Below the pieces are notes generated by a model. It made no database searches, had not been told where the DNA came from, and saw only the letters and a list, made by a program, of their open reading frames with translations. Positions 9,482 through 18,286 of a stretch of 64,000 nucleotides of DNA are shown here, in pieces. Source of the DNA: Opitutales bacterium (GTDB lineage: Bacteria; Verrucomicrobiota; Verrucomicrobiia; Opitutales; JABSRG01); assembly GCA_049599475.1 (NCBI GenBank), contig JBMYOQ010000007.1:32001-96000 (forward strand), written 5' to 3'. The position numbers were made by a program, and so were the translations under genes. Within the stretch, counting starts at the first letter, position 1, and every line of letters begins with the position of its first letter.

Positions 9482-10051
9482 CTAGCGTTTAAGAAGAAAC
9501 CCGAAAACAGCGCCGCATCCCCCGCCAACGAGGTGAGCAAACTGGGATACGTTGTCGTCGTTTGCGATAGCTGCAAAAATTTCGCTGCCTCCGTATAGTA
9601 TCGCGACAAGAAGAAAGGTCATTGGAATGGCCCCAGAGCGCATGCCAGAGAGGCTGCTCAGTAGGATCATCATAAAGGCGATACCGCTGGCACCGAGGAG
9701 GCCTCCGCTAGCGAAGACCGAATGGAGGAGCCCAGTTATCAGGGCGGTGATCACTGTCATCCCCAGCATCCGGCCGCTACCATATTTTTCTTCAAGAATG
9801 GGGCCGACCAGAAGGATAATGGTAAAGTTGGAGGCGAAGTGAGCCCAGCTGCCATGACCAATGATGTGGCTGACCCACTGGAAGTAGGCTAGAGGACTGC
9901 TCCAGTCCATGGGCGCGTATACCGTAAACGCCAAGCGGCTTGATGCGCCATCTGTAATCGCCGCAACCACGGTCGCCACAAACACAATAAGGGTGAAAGT
10001 CAGCGTAAACGGTGCGTTGTAGGAAATTTGAATGTTCTTGGGGAACTGCAC
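9482..10051 (-). CDS. Rhomboid family intramembrane serine protease
   Basis: H..HFASN, GASG catalytic Ser, AHLVGG catalytic His; multiple TM. Confidence 0.9.
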   Translation of the reverse strand: MQFPKNIQISYNAPFTLTFTLIVFVATVVAAITDGASSRLAFTVYAPMDWSSPLAYFQWVSHIIGHGSWAHFASNFTIILLVGPILEEKYGSGRMLGMTVITALITGLLHSVFASGGLLGASGIAFMMILLSSLSGMRSGAIPMTFLLVAILYGGSEIFAAIANDDNVSQFAHLVGGGCGAVFGFLLKR

Positions 10052-10183
10052 TGTCGAAAGTGATTCAGGACCTCATCGAAAAGGCAATAGTGCACCTGCT
10101 AAAAATACGGTTTCGACGTAAAAGTGGTATTGATCGGCAGAGTGAATTGGGTCGAAGTGGCGGGTATAAGCTAGGATCTCGCG

Positions 10184-10211
10184 TTGACAGATCCTCATCC
10201 GCGTCGATGCT
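10184..10211 (+). promoter_or_regulatory. Candidate sigma70 promoter for the 10325-16059 gene run
   Basis: Perfect TTGACA at 10184, 16-nt spacer, GATGCT -10-like hexamer. Confidence 0.35.
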
Positions 10212-10324
10212 AGAGCGTTAGTTCCTCGAAGCCTCTCGGACCCCATTGAAGGCTAGAGCCTAAGCAGAGCACGTGGCATGCAGCTCGCTAATGGGAACCC
10301 ATCGGCGCCCCGATCAATTGCATC

Positions 10325-11839
10325 ATGGACTTTCAGAGCCAATTTCAAACGGAATTCAAAAACTTAGCACTCAGAGGCAGTAGCCTCGCAGAAGATCTAG
10401 AAGCAGGCCAGGCAGCAACTCCTTTTGGTGATGCATTCCGTCAGCTGAACGATGCCTCGGGCGGTCGGGTCGTAAAAGCTGTGGTTCTTGGCATGGATGC
10501 AGATGCGACAAACGCGGCGCTTTCATGCTTACTGGGTCAAGACTACAATCTGTGCAAAGTGTGCATGCCTTCGCGACTAGGATACAGCGAGATTTCCCTG
10601 CAAGAACGCGGTTTCTTGCTGGAGGATGGCGATCAAAAATTGGAGTTTGATGATGTAGAAGCATTCGCAAGTGCGATTCAGGAGTCCAATGGTCCCTCGG
10701 CTCAGGAGAGAGTCAATTGGATGGACCCTGTGCGTCTCAAAATGAAGGCGCCCGCTCATCTCAGCGGCCTTTGTCTTCTCGTCCCGGATAGTCTGGAGAG
10801 TATCGCGGAGAAGCCCGCATTGCTATCAACCTTAGCAGATCAGACGGACTGGGCCTTCATCGCGGGCTACCCTGATCGCGATTTTTCGGCAGACCAAGTG
10901 ACTCATGTTCAGTTGATTCTGGATCAAGTCGTAGGATTTCAAGGACTGTTGATTCCATCCATGGAAAGGGAATCCGGTGACTCAGTCGCATGGTGGAAGC
11001 GGTTTCGAGCAGGTTTATCCCTCGGGGCTGTGAATACCGAGTCTGATCTACTACCTCGGCGATTAGCGATGCTGACCCATCGTCAGAGTGAGCTACGCCA
11101 ATATATCTTGGAGTCACGGGGTGCAGGAGATTTCAAAACGCATCTGAGACTGCTTAAAGACACTCTCGACCAGCAAGAAAAACAGCTGGCGGGCAAGCGT
11201 CGTATTATCGAAGGAAATGCTGAGGACGGCGTACAAGAGCGAGGTAGCACGCGTAAACAGGGGGACCCCCTACGCAATCGCTTGAAGGAGGATTCCGAGA
11301 GTATCAAATCGGCTGTGGAACGGGATACGAAACGCGATTTATCCCCTGAAGGTGCTCTTCATCAGCCCCTCAAGCAAGCGGCAGATGCATTCTCCGAGGC
11401 GGATATCGAGCAGACCATAAGCGGCTCGAAGATTAAACTGGGAGTGAATGCTGAGACGCGCACTTCCTACGGCACTCTGCTCGCGCAACTAGCCACAAAG
11501 CAAATCGAGGAAGATCAGCAGCTCTTCCAGGAAGGCCTGACAAGCACTCGAGAGTCTGTGGAGACAGAGCTCGAAGCTATTACAGGATTTCGCACTCAAT
11601 TGAATCTAGAGCCCTTGGACATGCGTGAGCTCCGGGATTCGGTTGAGGCTCTGGCATCTCCGGAGATTCAATATCGCGGAGAGATGGATAGACCCACTTT
11701 GATGAAGCGTTTCCAATCTGCCCGAAGTGGTATTATGGGCTTGATGATGGTTGGTATGATTGGGACTGGCTTTGCGGCCCTAAGTGGAGACTCGGAAGCG
11801 GGTGGCGGTGATTTTCGTACAATGCTCTACGTGGCATGA
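10325..11839 (+). CDS. Dynamin-like membrane protein with degenerate GTPase motifs, N-terminal part (probable frameshift at ~11833)
   Basis: AVVLGMDADATNAALSCLLGQD sits where the dynamin G1 (VVG.FS.GKS.LINALLG) would be; HLSGLCLLVPDSL at the G3 (DTPG) position; long helical stalk; TM near end. Confidence 0.55.
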   Translation: MDFQSQFQTEFKNLALRGSSLAEDLEAGQAATPFGDAFRQLNDASGGRVVKAVVLGMDADATNAALSCLLGQDYNLCKVCMPSRLGYSEISLQERGFLLEDGDQKLEFDDVEAFASAIQESNGPSAQERVNWMDPVRLKMKAPAHLSGLCLLVPDSLESIAEKPALLSTLADQTDWAFIAGYPDRDFSADQVTHVQLILDQVVGFQGLLIPSMERESGDSVAWWKRFRAGLSLGAVNTESDLLPRRLAMLTHRQSELRQYILESRGAGDFKTHLRLLKDTLDQQEKQLAGKRRIIEGNAEDGVQERGSTRKQGDPLRNRLKEDSESIKSAVERDTKRDLSPEGALHQPLKQAADAFSEADIEQTISGSKIKLGVNAETRTSYGTLLAQLATKQIEEDQQLFQEGLTSTRESVETELEAITGFRTQLNLEPLDMRELRDSVEALASPEIQYRGEMDRPTLMKRFQSARSGIMGLMMVGMIGTGFAALSGDSEAGGGDFRTMLYVA

Positions 11840-12276
11840 TTCCGTTCTTGGTGATAGGTTTTTTCTGGACCTACATTAGCTTCCGTAAAAAGGAGCAGGA
11901 GACCCTTCTGAAAGAAGTAGAAAAGCTACAAACGGGCGTACTTTCTGAATTGCGTCGATTGATGGCCGACATTTTGCGCCAGGCCCAGGGCCAAATTGTG
12001 CAGCACTACAGCAAACAGATTAAAGAAATGCAGAATCAGGTGAGCGCCTCGCTGGAGAGCTTCGAAGAACAGCGCCTCAAAGAGAGCACTGTGAAAAAGA
12101 AGAAGGCTCAGGAGCAAAAGCAGTCGGTCGAGAAGCGCTCGCGTCAACTCAAAGACTTTAAACGCGAGCTTGAGCGGTTGGCCCGTGAATCTGATGGGCT
12201 GGATACGCTTCAACTCAAATGGCTCCAGGACTGGATAGGGCGATTTAATCAGGGAAAACTCCCTCCACTTCAATAG
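11836..12276 (+). CDS. C-terminal part of the dynamin-like protein (TM + coiled coil)
   Basis: Starts mid-hydrophobic helix MIPFLVIGFFWTYISF, then charged coiled coil; one extra G at 11833 would fuse it with the upstream ORF (650 aa). Confidence 0.6.
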   Translation: MIPFLVIGFFWTYISFRKKEQETLLKEVEKLQTGVLSELRRLMADILRQAQGQIVQHYSKQIKEMQNQVSASLESFEEQRLKESTVKKKKAQEQKQSVEKRSRQLKDFKRELERLARESDGLDTLQLKWLQDWIGRFNQGKLPPLQ

Positions 12277-12347
12277 GTCCGAGCTGAGCCTGGGCCTACG
12301 CTCGGCGTCCTCAAATTTAAACAACTTACTTCAACCTTATCTAAATC

Positions 12348-14165
12348 ATGGCAAAGCAAAACGAGACAGATTCGACCACGGAACAGGCGAAACAAGCTGC
12401 CTCTGCGGCGAGCGAACAGGCCCAAGCATCCGCCCAAGATGCTAACCTGGCCGCACAGGAAGCTGCTGGATTTAGTGACTTAGCTTCCCAGAGTGCTTCT
12501 ACCGCGGATAGCCTAATGCGGCAAGCCGGCGAAGCGGCATCGTCGGCCGAGACGCAGGCTTTCGAGAGTCGGCAATCCGCCGAGACTGCTCAGCAGGCTT
12601 CTGCAGATGCGATGGACGATGCTGCTGCGAGTGCTTCTAGCGCCCAGGATGCTGCCTTCAAAGCAGGTGCTGCCGAAACTTCAGCGGCGCAGTCCAGTGA
12701 CAGTGCCGACCTCGCAGCTAGCCGAGCTACAGATGCAGGGCAGAGTGCAGATGATTCACAGGCAGCTGCGACGGATGCCACACGATCTGCCCGCGATGCT
12801 GGCGATGCCGCTACAGATGCTCAATCCGAGGCGGAAACTGCCTCGGACTCCGCGACTAGCGCGGAAAACAGCGCAGACTTCGCCGCTCGACAAGCCTCCG
12901 ACGCTTACCGCGCCGCTGAATTCGCCGAAGATCAAGCCAGAGACTCTGCGGCCTATGCCAACTATGCGAGGGAGCAAGCCTACGATGCCGCCGAGTATGC
13001 AGACATTGCTGAACAGCAAGCCGCGGATGCTAAGGACTCTGCTGAGGAGGCATTTGATCAGGCCGAGGCGGCTACTGATTCTGCAGATGAGGCCGCTGAC
13101 CAAGCCACGATCGCTACAGATCAGGCAAAAGCAGCGACAACCCAAGCAGGAATCGCAGAGGAGCAAGCGAAGGCTGCTACCGACTCTGCAGAAGTCGCTG
13201 CAGATCAGGCGGACAAGGCTACAGAATCGGCCAAGGATGCTCATGAGCAGGCTGAATTAGCAGCGGATTCAGCGAGCGAAGCTGCAGACTCTGCAACGAT
13301 CGCATCGGACTACGCGGAAGCCGCCATGTCGTCCAGTGCTGAAGCTGCCGCATTTGCAAAAGATTCTGAAGACGCCAGTGTAGCCAGCCAAGCATCGGCT
13401 GCTGAGTCTGCTGAAGCGGCTAAACTTGCCAAGGAAGAGCTTGCCGATGCAGTAGAAGCGAGTGAGCTGACCGATGAAGAATTAAAGGAAGCCACTGAAG
13501 CGTCGGATCGCGCTCAGGAGGAAATGCGCGAGGCCTCTGATGCTTCCGATGATGCCCAAGCAGAGGCCAAAGAGGCTGCAGAAGCCTCCGATGATGCTCG
13601 CGTGGAAGCTCAAGATGCTGCGGATGCCGCAACGCGTGCTGAATCTGAAGCCAATCAAGCCTCTGCAAGTGCGACTGCGGCAGATGGCTCAGAGGCTTCT
13701 GCCGCCAGCTCTGCCTCTCAGGCCGCGAGTTCAGCCGCGCAGGCTCGGGCCCAGTCAGCCGAGGCGGATAGCGCAGCCAAGATGGCGGAAAGCTATGAGA
13801 AAATGGCCAGCAGTGCATCGAGTACTGCAGAGGACTTTTCCGATGATGCACGCGGATTTGCTGATGTAGCACGACAAGAATACCAGAAAGCCGCGGGTCA
13901 CGCCAGCGACGCCTATGATGAGCTGAAGGATTTGCGCGACCTCAAGCTCGAGGCCGAAGACATTATCGATTTCCTCAAATCTGCGAAGGCCTCTGCTGAG
14001 ACTATGATCAACGAAATCGGCGATTTCCATACACGCGCTGAGGAGGCTGCTCTGAAAGCGGAAGCTGCTGCCGAGCGCGCAGAGCAAGCCGCGAGCACCG
14101 CTGGCGAACATGCCAATGCAGCCGACCGTTGGGCAGACATCGCCAAAGATCAAGCCATGGGCTAG
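12348..14165 (+). CDS. Alanine-rich acidic heptad-repeat coiled-coil protein (605 aa)
   Basis: Near-continuous AxxAxxx periodicity; A/S/D/E/Q-dominated; no signal peptide or TM. Confidence 0.85.
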   Translation: MAKQNETDSTTEQAKQAASAASEQAQASAQDANLAAQEAAGFSDLASQSASTADSLMRQAGEAASSAETQAFESRQSAETAQQASADAMDDAAASASSAQDAAFKAGAAETSAAQSSDSADLAASRATDAGQSADDSQAAATDATRSARDAGDAATDAQSEAETASDSATSAENSADFAARQASDAYRAAEFAEDQARDSAAYANYAREQAYDAAEYADIAEQQAADAKDSAEEAFDQAEAATDSADEAADQATIATDQAKAATTQAGIAEEQAKAATDSAEVAADQADKATESAKDAHEQAELAADSASEAADSATIASDYAEAAMSSSAEAAAFAKDSEDASVASQASAAESAEAAKLAKEELADAVEASELTDEELKEATEASDRAQEEMREASDASDDAQAEAKEAAEASDDARVEAQDAADAATRAESEANQASASATAADGSEASAASSASQAASSAAQARAQSAEADSAAKMAESYEKMASSASSTAEDFSDDARGFADVARQEYQKAAGHASDAYDELKDLRDLKLEAEDIIDFLKSAKASAETMINEIGDFHTRAEEAALKAEAAAERAEQAASTAGEHANAADRWADIAKDQAMG

Positions 14166-14192
14166 GCCAGGTAGACTGACACACTCTCACAC

Positions 14193-14501
14193 ATGACACC
14201 CGAAGAAGCATATAGAATTTTAGGCCTCGATCCCTCTGCTACGGAAGCTGAGCGGACCTCGAAAATGAAGGAGCAGCGCGAAGCTCTGGAAGCGAAACTC
14301 GCGCGCGCCCCCACGGCAGGTCTCAAGGAAAAATACCGCAAACATCTTCAGCAATTAGAAACGGCTGCAGAGGTCTTGGAGTCGAGCGAAGATGGATCGT
14401 CTTTACCGACCTTGGCCCCGGAGGCGCCAATTGAGCCACCGAAAGAGGTGGTGCGCAAAGCGCTTGCTCTTGGAAGCGCGTGCTCAAGCGCAGCGAGATA
14501 A
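14193..14501 (+). CDS. J-domain-like N-terminal fragment lacking HPD (probably frameshifted into the ankyrin ORF)
   Basis: MTPEEAYRILGLDPSATEAE is a J-domain helix I signature; no HPD; Pro-rich linker. Confidence 0.6.
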   Translation: MTPEEAYRILGLDPSATEAERTSKMKEQREALEAKLARAPTAGLKEKYRKHLQQLETAAEVLESSEDGSSLPTLAPEAPIEPPKEVVRKALALGSACSSAAR

Positions 14502-16059
14502 GCCCAATGTTGAGCGCTGGAAGGCGGAGGTCGCCAAGGAGAATTCTGGAGCTCTTTACGGAGCAGCGGATAAGGGAAATCTCAATGAAGTTCGCGGATT
14601 ACTTCTTGTAGGGGCGAATCCGGATGGAGGTAAATATTCAAAACCTCTTTCGGTGGCCCTACGTAGAGGGCACAATGATATCGCTACATTGCTGCTCAAG
14701 CGTGGGGCTAATCCGACGGATACGTATCCGTGGAGCAGTTTGAGCTCGGGGCGTCCATCTATCGATATGGTGAACGCGCTGCTCGACTCGGGGGCAAATC
14801 CGAATGAGGGCAACGTATTGAATGTGTATCGGACCATTCAAAAGCGAAATGCTTCTGAAGCGCTTAAGGTATTTGATGCGATGCGTGAGGTCGGAGGCAA
14901 TGGCTTCGATGAGGCTTGGTTTGGAAAGCTTATGGTCTTGGCGATGAACACCCGTGATAGAAAACTCATCGATTGGTTGGATGGGGTAGGTGTTACTTTA
15001 AAAGATCCTATGCGTGATTTTTGGGCGCATGAAACAGATGGAGTGTCTACCTTGGCATGGGCTGCTCAGGGGGGCGAATTGGAGTTTTTCAACTATGTGA
15101 AAGAAGCCACCGGAGGCACGCTGATGGAAGGCGAGCGCGCGGGGCAGGAGATCCGTTATGCCATGGCCGGAGGGAATTGGAACATCTACCAATATTTCCT
15201 GGAGCTTGGGCAAGATCCTATGAAATGGGATGACCAATACGTGAAAGATTTTTTCAACAGCGAAACGGGCGGTGGGCTCTGGGAGCTGTATATGGAGAGG
15301 AGCCATGTCGGAGAGCTGGCCGGACCGGTAGGCTTGGCAGTGCTCGGGGGCAATTTGGATATCCTGAAAGATATCCTGGAGCGCGGTGGGGATATTAATG
15401 AATTTTCTTCGTTAGCGTGGCAGGGGCCCGCGGGAAGCATGAATCTTTACCGTCCTTTAGCGGGAGCCTTGGGCGCTATTTGGGGGCCATCCACGGGAGG
15501 CCGGCGCGGGAAACTTTACCATAGGGAAATTGCGGTCTATTTGCTCGATCAAGGGGCCACACCGTTTGTCGATACCGTTACCGGACGCGGAAATCCCTAT
15601 CGCATGGTAACTGAATTTCTGGGAGCAGTTCGCCTGAAGGATCGAGAGCTCGTTAAGCGATTTTTAGATCTTGGTGCCGATCCCCTGTGGGTAGGAGAGC
15701 ATATAGATGAGTCCTCGCATACACCTTATCGGAACGCTGAGCGCTTGGAGCTAAACTGGGCAGTGGACATGATGCGCCCCAAGGTAGAAACTCCCGAATA
15801 CCTCAAGATCGTAGACAATTTTCGAAAAATCGAAGCCGCGCGCGTGGCTTATTTCAAGAAACATCCTAAAAAATGGCAGGGTATCAATTTTGAGGATCTG
15901 TCGAAGGAACCCGAAGGTGCCGAACTAGCAAAAATGGAATCAGTCTTGGGAGAGAATTACGCCAAACGCTTTTCTTATTTGGGCAAGAGCGAACCTTGGG
16001 GGTACGACATTTACGATAAGACTGGCCGGTTTTATTCCATTCCCTTGAGCGAGCTCTGA
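14392..16059 (+). CDS. Ankyrin-repeat protein (probable C-terminal part of a J-like/ankyrin fusion)
   Basis: ALYGAADKGNLNEVRGLLLVGANP, PLSVALRRGHNDIATLLLKRGANP, LAWAAQGG, LAVLGGNLDILKDILERGGDIN; first ~20 codons of the ORF look out of frame. Confidence 0.85.
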   Translation: MDRLYRPWPRRRQLSHRKRWCAKRLLLEARAQAQRDKPNVERWKAEVAKENSGALYGAADKGNLNEVRGLLLVGANPDGGKYSKPLSVALRRGHNDIATLLLKRGANPTDTYPWSSLSSGRPSIDMVNALLDSGANPNEGNVLNVYRTIQKRNASEALKVFDAMREVGGNGFDEAWFGKLMVLAMNTRDRKLIDWLDGVGVTLKDPMRDFWAHETDGVSTLAWAAQGGELEFFNYVKEATGGTLMEGERAGQEIRYAMAGGNWNIYQYFLELGQDPMKWDDQYVKDFFNSETGGGLWELYMERSHVGELAGPVGLAVLGGNLDILKDILERGGDINEFSSLAWQGPAGSMNLYRPLAGALGAIWGPSTGGRRGKLYHREIAVYLLDQGATPFVDTVTGRGNPYRMVTEFLGAVRLKDRELVKRFLDLGADPLWVGEHIDESSHTPYRNAERLELNWAVDMMRPKVETPEYLKIVDNFRKIEAARVAYFKKHPKKWQGINFEDLSKEPEGAELAKMESVLGENYAKRFSYLGKSEPWGYDIYDKTGRFYSIPLSEL

Positions 16060-16225
16060 TCGAAAGAAAGTGAGTTCTTTACGGTTTCTCAAAAAGGGTT
16101 CTCGTTTGTTCTGGTAAATCCACTCTTTCGAAAGGGAGGAGTGGCAGGCCGAAAATAGTTTTTGAGCAAGGGGCTAAAGAGGGTAGGCCTTCGTCGCCTG
16201 TACCCAAGCCTTTGTATTTAGTTTT

Positions 16226-17737
16226 TCAGTACTTTAATTTCAGCGCCTGAAGCTGGCTATATGCATCTGAAAGGTCGGCTGAGCCGTTCTGAGAGAACTG
16301 ACGCTCGACAGAAGCGCCGGTCTTTCCGTCTCGGGCGTGAACGGTGACCCTTCCGGTATCGTCGTACCCCATTTTTATCTCTACCGGGTAGTTTATCTCT
16401 GGGGAGCGTATTGGGCCGAAGCTAAATTTCCCAAGTGACTCAGGAGATGAGAAAGGGTCCTTTCGCTGAAGGATTTCTAACGAAAGTGTATCTTGCGTGC
16501 CATCTTGAGTGTAGACCGTGGTAGAACAATCCGTAGGCACCGGAACGTTCTTTTCGATCATTGGGTGGAAAATCGGTTTATTCTGTTTCCGATCGAAAAT
16601 GCGAATTCCCAGCTCATTCGAAGTCACCATCTGCTTGAGGGGAGGGGCGGCGGTCTTCTTTTGTCCGTGTAATTGCTCGGCGAGAAGTGCTGCGCCGTAG
16701 GCCACGGAAGCGTGGGGCTGAACACGCTTTATCCGGTCAGCAGACAATCCCGACATTGTGCGTGCAGCACGTTCCACACAGGGGACGAGGCTGGAGCCCC
16801 CGGTCAGAACAAGTTCGTCGATATCACTCCAGGTGAGTTGCTGGTGCTCCAGGGCGCGCTCGCAGACTTCTTGGCAGGCCTCCAACCAAGGTTCCGCAGC
16901 GGCTTCGAATTGTTTTCGGGTAAATGTAACCTTGAGCGAGCGGCCTCCTAGGATAAGTGCCTGGCTTATGATTTCCGTGCTGGGGTCGGATAATTGTATC
17001 TTGGCATCCGTGGCAAACATTCGCAGGCGTTGCATCGCTTCTGTGTCCGAGCGAATGTCGCTACGAAATTGTCCCTGATACTGCTCTGCGACGATATCAA
17101 TGATGACTTCGTCAAAATTTTTCCCGCCAATGTTATCCGACCCCTCGGTGGCAATTGCGTAAAGGCCATCCGGGGTTGCCGAAAGAATCGTGGCATCGAA
17201 TGTCCCGCCGCCGATGTCGAAAACGAAGATCAAACGCTCGTCGTTTGAGGAATTTAAGCCGAAATAGGTAGCGGCGGCCAGGGGCTCTTCGACGAGACCT
17301 AAGACGGGAATGTCGGCGAGCCGTCCGGCGTTCACAGTGGCCAGGCGCTGTGCTTCATTGAAATGAGCCGGGACAGTAATCACTGCTCCGGTCATGGACT
17401 CATTGCATGCCGCCTCGGCGTCTTCCTTCAGTTTTTTGAGGATCAAGGCAGATATTGCCTCAGGCGTATATGTGCGTCCCGAAGAGTCGGTAAAGGCAGG
17501 AGGGCCGTCTTCCCCCATGCTCAGTTTTGCAAATCTGCATATAGGGAGCAATGAATCCTCCTCGAGAATATTCTCAACGAGATCTCCAACGACGCATGTT
17601 CCGTCTGCTATGTGAACGACGGATGGGGTCTGGAAGCGTTTAGCGTCCTCTTTGCTGGGGCACAAAGTAGGCGTGCCGGAAGCATTAATGTAGCTGACGA
17701 GCGAAAAGGTGGTTCCGAGATCAATTCCTACAAGCAT
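16226..17737 (-). CDS. Specialised Hsp70-family protein (no alpha-helical lid)
   Basis: GIDLGTTFS, TVPAHFNEAQR, EPLAAA, DIGGGTFD, LTGGSS; SBD-beta present; ends at 503 aa. Confidence 0.93.
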   Translation of the reverse strand: MLVGIDLGTTFSLVSYINASGTPTLCPSKEDAKRFQTPSVVHIADGTCVVGDLVENILEEDSLLPICRFAKLSMGEDGPPAFTDSSGRTYTPEAISALILKKLKEDAEAACNESMTGAVITVPAHFNEAQRLATVNAGRLADIPVLGLVEEPLAAATYFGLNSSNDERLIFVFDIGGGTFDATILSATPDGLYAIATEGSDNIGGKNFDEVIIDIVAEQYQGQFRSDIRSDTEAMQRLRMFATDAKIQLSDPSTEIISQALILGGRSLKVTFTRKQFEAAAEPWLEACQEVCERALEHQQLTWSDIDELVLTGGSSLVPCVERAARTMSGLSADRIKRVQPHASVAYGAALLAEQLHGQKKTAAPPLKQMVTSNELGIRIFDRKQNKPIFHPMIEKNVPVPTDCSTTVYTQDGTQDTLSLEILQRKDPFSSPESLGKFSFGPIRSPEINYPVEIKMGYDDTGRVTVHARDGKTGASVERQFSQNGSADLSDAYSQLQALKLKY

Positions 17738-17775
17738 GTAGCGCGTTTAGGAAATCTGTGTTGGTTTCCGAGACC

Positions 17776-18120
17776 TCAAAAGGGCACGTCGTCTTCTGCT
17801 GAGTAATCCGTGGTGTCTTCTGGAATGGGAGGCTCGTCACCGCCTGATTGCGCCGCTGCGCCTTTCTCGAGTTTCCAGGCATTGAGATTTACATAGTAGC
17901 GACCGTTGTATTCGCGCCCCGCGATATCGAAATGGACGGTCACCTCTTCGCCCTCCTTTACATCGTCGAGCATGGATGTCTTGTCCTTCAAAGCTCCGAA
18001 GCACAGATCCTGCGGATACTTGTCGGGCACAGTTACCACGAATTCACGCTTCGTGAATCCGCTGTTGAAAGTCTGCATATCAAAAATCTTCTTTACGGTA
18101 CCAGAGGTGGAATAAGCCAT
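17776..18120 (-). CDS. DUF3127 family OB-fold protein (SSB-like, acidic DDVPF tail)
   Basis: GFTKREFVV, YPQ, GREYNGRYYVNLNAWKLE, C-terminal EDDVPF. Confidence 0.85.
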   Translation of the reverse strand: MAYSTSGTVKKIFDMQTFNSGFTKREFVVTVPDKYPQDLCFGALKDKTSMLDDVKEGEEVTVHFDIAGREYNGRYYVNLNAWKLEKGAAAQSGGDEPPIPEDTTDYSAEDDVPF

Positions 18121-18286
18121 TGGTCTAGCCAAGCAGCTTCACGAAAACTGCCAAGCGCGGAATCGTGAAAAATGAGTTTGCAGGGAATGGGCTAGCCGAA
18201 GTGAGGCTAGGCTCCAGGTGTTCAGAAAAATCATTTTCGATCCAATTGATCGGCTAGAGCCGCATAAAACACCGATACGACACTTA

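Noticed and set aside
10220..10324. Riboswitch-like leader before the dynamin-like gene (CCCATT/AATGGG pairing)
   Set aside because: Only a short stem; no match to a riboswitch consensus that I can support
12590..14211. Many alternative-frame and antisense ORFs over the Ala-rich gene
   Set aside because: Expected from stop-poor GCN-rich codons; no protein-like motifs
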